From Vulcanimicrobiota bacterium (GTDB lineage: Bacteria > Vulcanimicrobiota > Vulcanimicrobiia > Vulcanimicrobiales > Vulcanimicrobiaceae), in assembly GCA_963795855.1 (NCBI GenBank), contig CAWCIZ010000002.1, positions 480,001 through 544,000 on the forward strand: a DNA stretch of 64,000 nt, read 5' to 3'. This document shows, one piece after another, positions 31,156-40,517 of this stretch; positions within the stretch are counted from its first letter, which is position 1, and each line of letters begins with the position of its first letter. The notes under the pieces were generated by a model that saw only the letters and a program-made list of their open reading frames with translations, was not told the origin of the DNA and ran no database searches. The position numbers were made by a program, and so were the translations under genes.

Positions 31156-32245
31156 CTACTCGCCGCTTTGCGAACCCGGTTCCACGACGACGGGGCCGGC
31201 GGCAACGTCGATATCGGAACCGATATCCGGCGCTTTTCCGCTATGCTCCTCGACCCAGTGGCACGCGGCGAAGTGTCCCGGCGCGTACTCGTTGAACGGC
31301 GGAACTTCGACTTTGCAGCGATCGAACGCAACCGGACAGCGCGTATGGAAGCGGCATCCCGACGGCGGATTGACGGGCGAAGGGATGTCGCCGACGAGAA
31401 CGATGCGCTTCTTGCGCCGCTCGACGTGCGGATCGGGAATGGGAATCGCGGAAAGGAGCGATTGCGTGTACGGATGCAGCGGGTTGTTGTAGAGATCGTC
31501 GCGATGGGCCAGCTCCATGATTTTTCCCACGTACATAACCGCTACCCGGGTCGAAATGTGACGTACGACGGAGAGATCGTGCGCGATGAACAGGTACGTC
31601 AGACCGAGTCTGCTGTTGCAGATCCTCGAGCAGGTTGATGACCTGCGCTTGAATCGACACGTCGAGCGCGGAGACCGGCTCGTCGCAAACGATGAATTTC
31701 GGATTCACCGCGAGAGCGCGCGCGATGCCGATGCGCTGGCGCTGGCCGCCGGAAAATTCGTGCGGATACCGGTTGGCGTGATACGGCTGAAGGCCGACGA
31801 GGCGCAAGAGTTCTTGAACCCGCCGCTGGGCGGCTTTGCCGGTCGCGAGGTGATGAATTTTGAGCGGTTCGCCGACGATGTCGGAAACGGTCATGCGGGG
31901 ATTGAGCGATGCAAACGGATCCTGGAAGATGATTTGCATTTCTTTGCGCAACCTGCGCAGTTCCGCGCGCGTACAGTTCAGAATGTTGCGCCCGTCGAAC
32001 CAAACCTCGCCTTTGGTCGCCGGCAGCAAGCGCAGGATGACGCGGCCGATCGTCGTTTTGCCGGAGCCGGACTCCCCGACCAGGCCGAGAGTTTCACCCG
32101 GCGCGATCGAAAAGTCCACGCCGTCGACGGCTTTGACGTCGGCGACGTGCCGCGAAACGAGCCCCGCGCTGATCGGAAAATATTTGTAGAGATCTTTGAT
32201 CTCGAGCAGAGTGCGCCGGCCGTCGCCGTTCGGCGCGTCGTTCAC
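31156..32245 (-). CDS. oppF: Oligopeptide/dipeptide ABC ATPase; frameshift near 31609
   Basis: [52 protein letters not shown]. Confidence 0.88.
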
Positions 32246-33255
32246 GAGTGCGCCACCGTTTCCACTTCGATCGGGCGCTGATCTTCGGCACGCTCGTCGT
32301 ACAAGAAGCACCGCGCAACGTGGCCGCCGCCGAAGTCGTACGTCGGCACAGGCTCGGCGCAGATCGGCATACGATACCGGCAGCGCGGCGCGAACGCGCA
32401 CCCGGGCGGCAAGCGCAGCAAGTTCGGCGGCTGACCCGGAATCGGTTCCAAGCGTTTGCGCTCGCTCACGTCCAGGCGCGGCAGCGACGCCAGCAGCCCT
32501 TGGGTATACGGCATCTTGGGCGAATCGAAAATTTGCTCGGCGGTGCCGTATTCGACCATGTTGCCGCCGTACATCACCAAAACGTTTTTGCAGACTTCGG
32601 CGACGATTCCCAAATCGTGCGTGATCATGACGATGGCCGCGCCGGTTTCGGCCTGCATCTCGTTCATGAGTTCGAGAATCTGCGCCTGAATCGTGACGTC
32701 GAGCGCGGTGGTCGGCTCGTCGGCGATGAGCAACTGCGGATCGCACGAGAGCGCCATCGCGATCATGACGCGTTGCCGCATACCGCCGGAAAACTGGTGC
32801 GGATATTCGTGAACGCGCTTTTCGGGCGCGGAGATACGCACCTTTTTGAACATCTCGACGGTCTTTTCGACGGCGTCTCTTTTGTTGAACCCGAGATGCA
32901 GCTGCACGGCTTCCGAAATCTGTTCGCCGACCGTGAGCACGGGATTGAGCGACGTCATCGGGTCCTGGAAAATCATCGCGATCTTGTGACCGCGAATCCG
33001 GCGCATCGCCGCTTCACTTTTCTCAAGCAGATCCTCACCGTTGAAGAGAATGCGGCTGCCCGGTTCGATCTGTCCCGGCTGCTGAATGAGCCGCATGATC
33101 GAAAGCGCATTGACGGATTTGCCGGATCCCGATTCGCCGACGATGCCCAGCGTCGACCCTGCTTCCAGCGAATACGAGAGGCCGTTGACCGCCGTAACCA
33201 ACCCGTCTTCGGTGCGAAAGGTGGTCCGGAGATTCTTGACTTCGAGCAGGGGCAT
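32242..33255 (-). CDS. oppD: Oligopeptide/dipeptide ABC ATPase
   Basis: [48 protein letters not shown]. Confidence 0.9.
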   Translation of the reverse strand: MPLLEVKNLRTTFRTEDGLVTAVNGLSYSLEAGSTLGIVGESGSGKSVNALSIMRLIQQPGQIEPGSRILFNGEDLLEKSEAAMRRIRGHKIAMIFQDPMTSLNPVLTVGEQISEAVQLHLGFNKRDAVEKTVEMFKKVRISAPEKRVHEYPHQFSGGMRQRVMIAMALSCDPQLLIADEPTTALDVTIQAQILELMNEMQAETGAAIVMITHDLGIVAEVCKNVLVMYGGNMVEYGTAEQIFDSPKMPYTQGLLASLPRLDVSERKRLEPIPGQPPNLLRLPPGCAFAPRCRYRMPICAEPVPTYDFGGGHVARCFLYDERAEDQRPIEVETVAHS

Positions 33256-33264
33256 GTGCGGGCG

Positions 33265-33657
33265 CTAGATGCCGGTCAGCGAGAGAATCGTACCGATGAC
33301 TACAAACGCGACGGCGGCGACGCCGGTGATGCGCTTGAGCTGTTCCTCCGCACCCGGCCGGCCGTATGCGGACTCGACCCGGCCGCCGAGCGTTCCGGAG
33401 AGCCCTTCTTGTTTGGTGGTCTGCACGGCGAGCAGCACGATCAGTGCGAGCGCGAAGACGATGAACAGCGCGCTCAGCGTGTGCGTCAGCCAGCCCGCAT
33501 GCTGCTGGAACCATGTGACGTTCTGATAATTGATGCCCGCAGGCACTTGCATCGGTCCCGCGGTGGGCACGTTGCTGATGGGGACTTTTATCGGAGCGGC
33601 GGCTGCCGCAGTAGCCTTCGCGGCCGGCGCAGCTGCAGCGAGCAGCAGAGAAATCAA
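33265..33657 (-). CDS. secG: Preprotein translocase subunit SecG with an N-terminal extension
   Basis: TM-Q..K.EGLSG..GG...LKRIT-TM pattern; TTG start with SD GAGGAG. Confidence 0.8.
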   Translation of the reverse strand: MISLLLAAAAPAAKATAAAAAPIKVPISNVPTAGPMQVPAGINYQNVTWFQQHAGWLTHTLSALFIVFALALIVLLAVQTTKQEGLSGTLGGRVESAYGRPGAEEQLKRITGVAAVAFVVIGTILSLTGI

Positions 33658-33676
33658 GCGAGTCTCCTCGGACAAA

Positions 33677-33735
33677 GGGCGGGTTGCCCACAATGCTTTT
33701 GGGGGCCTACGCCCCCAAACTGCGACATTCTATCA
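33677..33735 (-). promoter_or_regulatory. Extended -10 (TGATAGAAT) and 5' leader hairpins of secG
   Basis: TTTGGGGGC-GTAG-GCCCCCAAA stem begins about 7 nt after TAGAAT. Confidence 0.5.
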
Positions 33736-35631
33736 CGGACGGACCGGAGCGACAAGAACGCTCGCTACCCGCGCGGCCACATGCTCGCCCGTCAGCCCGA
33801 ACAAGGCGCGCTGCTTGGCCTGCGAATCGTGCTGCACGAGGGCGTTGTTGGGAACGCCGATGCGCTCGACCGCCAAATCCAAGCCGTGATCAGAAACGAA
33901 CTCTACGACCGCCGAGCCCAGCCCGCCTGCGAGAGAATGTTCTTCTAAGGTAAGAACGTGCGAATGGGTATCGGCGAGTTCCATCAGGAGCGCTTCGTCC
34001 AGCGGTTTGACGAACCGCATGCTGACGACCGTGGGCAAGTCCGCATCGCCCTGCGCCGCGGCCAAAATCCCGTGCGCGTCGAGCGCGACGTCCGCGGTGT
34101 TTCCATAAGCCAGAATCGCGACGCCCCTCCCGCGGCGCAGCACTTCGGCGCGTCCGTGGACGATCGGCGCGAGCGGATCGCGGTGCTTGCCGCTCGTCGA
34201 GCCGCGCGGATACCGAATGCCGGCCGGCGCGTTCAGCGAGAGCGCGTGCTGCAGCATCGGCAGCAATTCCTCTTCGTTGCGCGGCGCCATGAGGGTGATG
34301 TTCGGCAGCGTGCGCAGATACGCAATGTCGTACAGGCCCATGTGCGTCGGCCCGTCGTCGCCGACGAACCCGGCGCGATCCATGCAGAACACGACCGGCA
34401 GATTTTGAATGCACACGTCGTGCACGATTTGATCGTAGGCCCGCTGCAGGAACGTCGAGTAGATCGCGCACACCGGCTTGAGCCCGCTGGTCGCCGCGCC
34501 TGCCGCGAAGCACACCGCGTGCGCTTCCGCGATTCCGACGTCGTAATACCGGTTCGGGAACGCTTTGCCGAACTTCGCGAGCCCGGTACCGTCGGGCATT
34601 GCCGCGGTGATGCCGACCACGCGTGAATCGTTTTGCGCCGCCGCGATCATCGCATCGCCGAACGCGTCCTGGAATTTCGCCGGAGCGTTCGGAACTTTGA
34701 TGACGGTGCCGTTGGACTTGTCGAACTGCCCGAGGCCGTGAAACGTGCGGGCGTCTTTCTCCGCGGGTTCATAGCCTTTGCCCTTGACCGTTCGCACGTG
34801 CAGAAGCACCGCGCGGGGCTGGCTTTTCGCCGTGTTGAGCGCATCCACGAGCGCGTCGAAGTTGTGGCCGTCGATCGGGCCGATATAACGAAAGCCGAGT
34901 TCCTCGAAGATGACCGCGGCTTTTTCGGACGGCGCTATGAAACGCATTGCTCCGAGTTCCGCGGATTCGATCGCTTTTTTCGCCATGCCGCCGAGCGGAA
35001 TGTGATCCAGCACGGCCTTGCCGGTGTGACGCGCGAGATTGGAGAGCGGTTTGCTGCGCAGCACGGAGAGATACGAAGCTATCGAGCCGACGTTCGGCGC
35101 GATCGACATCTCGTTGTCGTTCAAGATCACGATGAAATTCGAACGCATCTGCCCGGCGTTGTTGAGCGCTTCGTATGCCAGACCGCCGGTGAGCGCGCCG
35201 TCGCCGAGCACGGCGACGATCGTCTCGTTTCCGCCCGCGTGATCGCGCGCTTTGGCCATGCCGAGCGCCGCCGAGACGCTCGTGCTCGCATGGCCCGCGC
35301 CGAATGAATCGTACTCCGACTCGCTGCGCATGGCGAAGCCCGAGAGCCCGCCGCCCTTGCGGATCGTCGGAAAGCGGTCGCGTCTGCCGCTCAAAATTTT
35401 GTGGACGTACACCTGATGACTGACGTCCCAGACAACGCGGTCTTTCGGCAGATCCAAGACCCGGTGCAGCGCCAGCGTCAGTTCCACGACGCCGAGATTG
35501 GGTGCCAAGTGGCCGCCGTTTTGCGCGCAAACCGCGATCAGCATGTCCCGGATCTCTTGGGCTGCCTTATCGACGTCCGCTCGACTGAGTTTTTTGACGT
35601 CGGTAGGGGAATTGATGCGTTGAATCACCAT
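33733..35631 (-). CDS. dxs: 1-deoxy-D-xylulose-5-phosphate synthase
   Basis: GGHLAPNLGVVELT, WDVSHQ, GAGHASTS, GDGALTGG, NDNEMSI, DVGIAE, YSTFLQRAYDQ. Confidence 0.96.
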   Translation of the reverse strand: MVIQRINSPTDVKKLSRADVDKAAQEIRDMLIAVCAQNGGHLAPNLGVVELTLALHRVLDLPKDRVVWDVSHQVYVHKILSGRRDRFPTIRKGGGLSGFAMRSESEYDSFGAGHASTSVSAALGMAKARDHAGGNETIVAVLGDGALTGGLAYEALNNAGQMRSNFIVILNDNEMSIAPNVGSIASYLSVLRSKPLSNLARHTGKAVLDHIPLGGMAKKAIESAELGAMRFIAPSEKAAVIFEELGFRYIGPIDGHNFDALVDALNTAKSQPRAVLLHVRTVKGKGYEPAEKDARTFHGLGQFDKSNGTVIKVPNAPAKFQDAFGDAMIAAAQNDSRVVGITAAMPDGTGLAKFGKAFPNRYYDVGIAEAHAVCFAAGAATSGLKPVCAIYSTFLQRAYDQIVHDVCIQNLPVVFCMDRAGFVGDDGPTHMGLYDIAYLRTLPNITLMAPRNEEELLPMLQHALSLNAPAGIRYPRGSTSGKHRDPLAPIVHGRAEVLRRGRGVAILAYGNTADVALDAHGILAAAQGDADLPTVVSMRFVKPLDEALLMELADTHSHVLTLEEHSLAGGLGSAVVEFVSDHGLDLAVERIGVPNNALVQHDSQAKQRALFGLTGEHVAARVASVLVAPVRP

Positions 35632-35705
35632 ATCAGGCAGCACATGTTCGACATACCCAGAATGAAGGTCCCCTGCTCGGCACCGGGACCGGGCTGGAAA
35701 GCCGC

Positions 35706-36293
35706 ATGATAGACACGCGCTCCTTCTTCACGCAAGCGAAAGCAGCTCTCGTTATCGTCGACTTGCAGCGCGGGATAACCTCGCGCGACGTAGCCCCGCA
35801 TCGGGCAAGCGAGGTGGTCGCCAACGCGGCACGTCTGGTCGAAGCGTTTCACGCTCGCGAGTTGCCCGTCGTCTTCGTGCGCGTGTCGTGGACGCCGCAG
35901 GCAATGCTGCGGCCCCTTGTCGACAACGCTCCGCAGACGCCTACGCCGCCTGCCGGCTGGGACGAAATCGATCCCGCCCTCGCGGTGCGCGAGGACGACG
36001 TCGTCGTCACCAAACAAAACTGGGGCGCGTTTTACGGAACCGATTTGGATCTGCAACTGCGGCGCCGCGACGTCACGCGCATCGCAATATGCGGCATCGC
36101 AACGAACATCGGCGTCGAATCCACCGCGCGCGATGCGCTGGAACGAAACTACAAATTGCTTTTTGTGGAAGACGCGATGGCGTCGATGAGTGCGGAGGAA
36201 CACGAGCACAGTTGCCGGCTCATCTTCCCCCGCATCGGTATCGTTCGTTCGACCGCGGAAACGATCGAAGCGGTCAACTACACGCTTTCGTAA
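35706..36293 (+). CDS. Isochorismatase-family hydrolase (YecD-like)
   Basis: VIVDLQ, KQNWGAFYGTDLD, GIATNIGVESTAR. Confidence 0.9.
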   Translation: MIDTRSFFTQAKAALVIVDLQRGITSRDVAPHRASEVVANAARLVEAFHARELPVVFVRVSWTPQAMLRPLVDNAPQTPTPPAGWDEIDPALAVREDDVVVTKQNWGAFYGTDLDLQLRRRDVTRIAICGIATNIGVESTARDALERNYKLLFVEDAMASMSAEEHEHSCRLIFPRIGIVRSTAETIEAVNYTLS

Positions 36294-36763
36294 GCGCGAC
36301 GCAGCTCGTTGATGTCCAGTTTATCCATCTGAAGCATCGCCTGCATGGCGCGTTGCGCCTTTTCGGCATCGGGTCCGCCGACGAGCTGGCCGAGGCCGGA
36401 CGGCACGATGTTCCAAACGACGCCGAAGCGATCTTTCACCCACCCGCAACGCAGCGTTTCACCGCCCTGCTTGAGGCCTTCCCACAATGCGTCGACGTCG
36501 TTCTGCGTTTCGCAGCTGACGAACAACGCGACCGAGCCGGGATACGGTCCTTGCGGCGCTTCGCCGGGACCACCGTTGAGCGCCATCAGATCTTGTCCGT
36601 CGAGTTGAAACTCGATCGTCATGACGGTTCCAGCCGGAAGCGGGCCCGCTTCTCCGTAGCGGCTGACGCTTTCGATCTTCGAATTTTTGAAAAGCGAAAC
36701 GTAAAAGTTGACCGCTTCTTCCGCTCTGCCGTCGAACCAAATGAACGGGATGATTTGCTGCAT
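36278..36763 (-). CDS. VOC family protein (PhnB-like)
   Basis: PFIWFDGRAEEA, ALNGGP, CGWVKDRFGVVW; SD AAGGAG. Confidence 0.9.
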   Translation of the reverse strand: MQQIIPFIWFDGRAEEAVNFYVSLFKNSKIESVSRYGEAGPLPAGTVMTIEFQLDGQDLMALNGGPGEAPQGPYPGSVALFVSCETQNDVDALWEGLKQGGETLRCGWVKDRFGVVWNIVPSGLGQLVGGPDAEKAQRAMQAMLQMDKLDINELRRAYESV

Positions 36764-36777
36764 CGATCTGCTCCTTC

Positions 36778-37182
36778 TTACGGTCCCTGCACCAAACCGA
36801 CCATCTGGCCTTGCGGATCTTCGAATGTAGCGATGCTGCCGCCGGTCGGAATCGGCCACGGGCCCTGCAAATTCGTTGCGCCGAGCGTTTCGACTTTCGC
36901 GAGCGCGTTCTTGATGTCGTCGACTGCAACGTAGAAGGTCACGTGCCCTTCGGCGCCATTCGGGCACGAGCCGATGCCGCCGCCAATACCGGCATTGCGG
37001 ACGAGGGCATATTCCGCCGGGCACGAGCCGATGCCGCCGCCAATACCGGCATTGCGGACGAGGGCATCTTCCGCCGGGCCGCCGATCGTCTCGAGCTGCC
37101 AGTCGAACGCCTTGCCGTAGAACTCGCGCAGGGCCGGCGCGTCGGTTCCGATGATTTCGAAGTGTACTACGTGGTTCGCCAT
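36778..37182 (-). CDS. VOC/glyoxalase family protein with an internal 19-aa duplication
   Basis: VVHFEI, FYGKAFDW, YVAVDDI, FEDPQG. Confidence 0.88.
   Translation of the reverse strand: MANHVVHFEIIGTDAPALREFYGKAFDWQLETIGGPAEDALVRNAGIGGGIGSCPAEYALVRNAGIGGGIGSCPNGAEGHVTFYVAVDDIKNALAKVETLGATNLQGPWPIPTGGSIATFEDPQGQMVGLVQGP
36961..37079. repeat. 57-bp tandem duplication (two copies, one mismatch)
   Basis: Unit 36961-37017 is repeated at 37018-37074. Confidence 0.95.
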
Positions 37183-37231
37183 GATGCTCTCCTCACTGTC
37201 GTTACGTTATGTGGACGCATCATAACTCTTA

Positions 37232-37250
37232 TACTTGTTTTTTGCAAGTA
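37232..37250. promoter_or_regulatory. Probable HxlR-family operator
   Basis: TACTTG-N7-CAAGTA inverted repeat in the AT-rich divergent promoter region. Confidence 0.55.
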
Positions 37251-37287
37251 GTATGCAAAAATGAAAGTTTACGGTATAACGGGGATA

Positions 37288-37929
37288 GTGAGTAAGCGCA
37301 GTGACGGGCAATTTTGCGGCTTCGCCCGCGCCGTCGAAATCATCGGGGAACGGTGGGCCCTCCTATTGGTGCGAGACCTGCTGGTCGGTCCCAAGCGCTT
37401 CGGCGAGCTCCAGCGCGGCTTGCCGAAGATTCCGACGAACATTTTGACTGCCAGGCTCAAGGAGTTGGAAGGCGCCGGAATCGTTCGCCGCCGGGCGGCA
37501 ACCCGGCCCGGGGGCGGCGTCTTATACGAACTCACCCAGCGCGGCCTAGACTTGGAGCCGGCCGTCTTGGCGATCGGCCGCTGGGGAGCGAAAATGCTCG
37601 ACGCGCCGCGCCCCGACGAGATCGTCACGAACGATTCGATGATCATGGCGCTGCGCACGACGTTTCAGCCGGAAGCCGCGGCGGGAGTGCACGCGTCATA
37701 CGAATTGCATATGGGCCCCGTGCTCATTCATGCGCTTGTCGAGGACGGAACGCTGACCGCCGCTGAAGGGCCGTTGCCCGGCGCCGACCTGCGGATCGAA
37801 GCGGGACCGGCGCTCAAGGACGTCATGACAGGCAGCGTCGCTCCCGAAGACGCGCTTCGCAGCAGCAGCGTGCGGGTGAGCGGCAATCCGAAACTGTTCG
37901 ATCGGTTCGCGCAGCTGTTCCGAATTTGA
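37288..37929 (+). CDS. HxlR winged-helix regulator with a C-terminal SCP2-like domain (alternative start 37261)
   Basis: GQFCGFARAVEIIGERW, GPKRF, LTARLKEL, YELT. Confidence 0.9.
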   Translation: MSKRSDGQFCGFARAVEIIGERWALLLVRDLLVGPKRFGELQRGLPKIPTNILTARLKELEGAGIVRRRAATRPGGGVLYELTQRGLDLEPAVLAIGRWGAKMLDAPRPDEIVTNDSMIMALRTTFQPEAAAGVHASYELHMGPVLIHALVEDGTLTAAEGPLPGADLRIEAGPALKDVMTGSVAPEDALRSSSVRVSGNPKLFDRFAQLFRI

Positions 37930-37975
37930 GTCCCCGCGACCCCGGGCCGCTTTATGTTAGAATGACGAACGACTC

Positions 37976-38632
37976 ATGTCCGGAATGCGCGATCGCGATA
38001 CCGTCCTCACGCCCGTACCGCTAAAAAACCGGCGCGTTTGGCGCGATTTGGCGCGCATCCTCTCGACGATCTTCAATCCGTTTTTAACGGCGCTCGCCCT
38101 CTTCGTCATCCTTTCGCATATTCGCGCGCGTACCACGGAAGAATTCTGGGGCATGCTGTTTCTTTCGACGTTCTTTACGTCGATCGCGCCCATGCTTTTC
38201 ATCTTCTGGCTCTACGCGACGGACCGGATATCGGATCTCGACATGTCGCTGCGCGAGGAACGCGAAAAAGTCTTCGGCGTTTTCGTGATCTTCTATCTGC
38301 TCGGCACGATAACGCTTTGGGCGACGCACTCTCCGCGGCTGCTGATCGCCACTATGGCCGGCTATACGCTCTCGACCATCGTCGTGCAGTACATCACGCG
38401 CTACTGGAAAATCAGCACCCACGCGCTCGGCATAACGGCACCGCTAGTGGCGCTGTCCTTGCTGTACGGGCGACAACCGCTGCCGTTTCTCGTGCTCATC
38501 CCGATGGTGTGCTGGGCCCGCGTGTACGTAAAGGCGCATACTATCGCGCAGGTCATCGCGGGTGCAGCACTTGCCGCCGGAAGCGTCGCGCTATTCTTTT
38601 GGGTATTTCACGTGCGCACGCTCGCGTGGTAG
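37976..38632 (+). CDS. PAP2-like membrane protein
   Basis: Multiple TM segments; WKISTH and WARV...HT..QV motifs. Confidence 0.7.
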   Translation: MSGMRDRDTVLTPVPLKNRRVWRDLARILSTIFNPFLTALALFVILSHIRARTTEEFWGMLFLSTFFTSIAPMLFIFWLYATDRISDLDMSLREEREKVFGVFVIFYLLGTITLWATHSPRLLIATMAGYTLSTIVVQYITRYWKISTHALGITAPLVALSLLYGRQPLPFLVLIPMVCWARVYVKAHTIAQVIAGAALAAGSVALFFWVFHVRTLAW

Positions 38633-40138
38633 GCAATCAGCGCCGCACGGCTCTTCACGCCGAACGCCTTGAATATCAATTTCAAATGGTTCTTGATGGT
38701 GTATTCGCTGCGTCCGAGATTTTTGGCAATTTCCGCCGTCGACAGGCCTCGGCACAGCTCTTCGAAAACGCGCTGCTGCATCGGCGGGAGTGAAGGCAGC
38801 GCGCTCTTCGGCCGCGCGTGTTTGCGAAGCTCGTCCGCGAGCCAACTGTTCGGATACCGGCGCAATTTTTCGCTCGCGCTGCGCAAATATTCGGCCTCGC
38901 CCGTCGCCTCGTACAGGCGCAGCGCGCAACGGCCGGCACGCCAGTCGTAGCCGATGCGATCGTACACCGCCAAACTTCCGCGAACGAGTTTGAGACCCGT
39001 CTTCGCGTTGCCGAGCGCGAGCTGCGTGACTCCTGCGCAATAATCGGCTTGGGCTTGCAGCCGATCGTCGCGCGTATAGTGCACGAGCGGCGTGCGCAGC
39101 GCATCGAGGTCGCGATAAAGCGCCATGTACTGCGCCGCCTTGCCAGGATCGATCGGGGCGAACAGTTCGGCAAGCAGGAGCAGCGCGACCCGCTCTTCGT
39201 TCCGCGTGGAGCGCCAGTCGACGGTTTCCGCTACTTCCTCCGCCTCGTCGAGTTCCTGACGCGACCACCGCTCTTCGTTCAGGCACCGCGCGAGATAGGC
39301 CCGATCCGTCGTTGCGATGGCGTACCACGCGCTCGACGGAGCGCACGCCACGCTCTTCTTCAAATAGCGGAACGCGTTGAAATAGTCGCCGCGCAGGGCG
39401 TAGCTCCAGCCGAGCGCTTTGAGTGACTGGAACCGCTGCACGTTCAAATCCGCCGGCCAGTTCGCGCTTTGCAGCAGCCGCTCGAGCACGGGCAGCGCGT
39501 CCGGCAAGTCGAGTTCGCGTGCCAGCGCCGCGAGCGTGTACGTCGCGTAAGCCGCGGCGAGCGTGAAGCGTTCGTCGCCGGGATCGATTTGATCGAGCAG
39601 ACGAACGAGCGTGGCGGCCTGCAGCGCGTACCGTCCCTCGAGCCCGTAGATGAACGCTTCGAGCTGGAGGGCGTCGAGTTTGCGTTCGATCGACCGGCCG
39701 AGCGTCGCAAACTGCAATTGCTCGCGCGCCTTCTCCACATTGCGCACGTAGCCGAAACGGCGGCCGCGGCGATAGGCGATCTCGGCGAGCGTTTCCGAGT
39801 CGCCCAAGCGCGCGGCGATGCCGTGAGTCCGCCTCAAAATATTCGTCGGCCGCATCGTACTCGCCGACGCGCGCGCACGCGATTCCCAGCAGCAGGCAGC
39901 GCTGCGTTTCGGCGCCGGCGTCGCTAAAGCGTTTGTTCGAAAGAATCCGAATCGCCGCCGGGGCATCGTCGCGCAGCACATGCAGTTTCCCCGAAAGGAC
40001 GATCGTGCGCGGCTCGTTGCGGTCGGCGGCGCGCAAGAGTTCCTCGGCGTCCCCGAAGCGGGCGCGTTCGAGCGCTGATTCGATCTCGGCAAAAAGGGTG
40101 CGCGGTGCAGCAGCGTCCGCGCGGCTGGGCGACTGCAT
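38608..40138 (-). CDS. TPR-like repeat protein with a C-terminal LuxR HTH; frameshift near 39828
   Basis: Helical TPR-like N-terminus; LPPMQQRVFEELCRGLSTAEIA...TIKNHL..IFKAFGVKSRAAL. Confidence 0.82.
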
Positions 40139-40159
40139 GTCCGCGAGAACTTCCCCGAA

Positions 40160-40187
40160 GGGGCGGCGCGCCCATGCGTGCCGCCCC
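40160..40187. other. GC-rich hairpin between the peptide gene and the LuxR gene
   Basis: GGGGCGGCGCGC-CCAT-GCGTGCCGCCCC; no U-tract. Confidence 0.55.
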
Positions 40188-40196
40188 CAGTCTGAC

Positions 40197-40373
40197 TCAT
40201 GGCGCCGGAGTCGCCGGCGCGTTCGGCGGGCCGGGCGGAAGACCGCCTCCGGTGTCCATCGGCCCGACGTGGGTGCGCGCCGGGAGCAGCCCGGGCGAAC
40301 CGCCCGGAGTACATGCGGACGCGACGGTCGCCAGCAGCAGCGCCGCCAACAGGGGACGCAAAATTGCGGTCAT
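40197..40373 (-). CDS. 58-aa exported (lipo)peptide (not in ORF track)
   Basis: MTAILRPLLAALLLATVASACTPGGSPGLLPARTHVGPMDTGGGLPPGPPNAPATPAP; perfect SD AGGAGG; lipobox-like ASAC. Confidence 0.72.
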   Translation of the reverse strand: MTAILRPLLAALLLATVASACTPGGSPGLLPARTHVGPMDTGGGLPPGPPNAPATPAP

Positions 40374-40386
40374 GATAGCCTCCTAA

Positions 40387-40422
40387 CACTAGCCCTTTTG
40401 GACTAGTGCACCATGCTATCAC
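40387..40422 (-). promoter_or_regulatory. Extended -10 (TGATAGCAT) and palindrome CACTAG-N10-CTAGTG upstream of the peptide gene
   Basis: Inverted repeat 40387-40408 lies between the -10 box and the SD. Confidence 0.45.
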
Positions 40423-40517
40423 GCTTTACTCGATACGTGAAAAATTGAGCGTTCGTCCGCTAGAAGGGACGAGCCGAAATACGCACGAACGGGCTAGGCG
40501 TCGTGGCCGGGTGTGGG

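Noticed and set aside
36961..37079. CRISPR-like repeat
   Set aside because: Two adjacent copies with no spacer, inside a coding frame, and no cas genes
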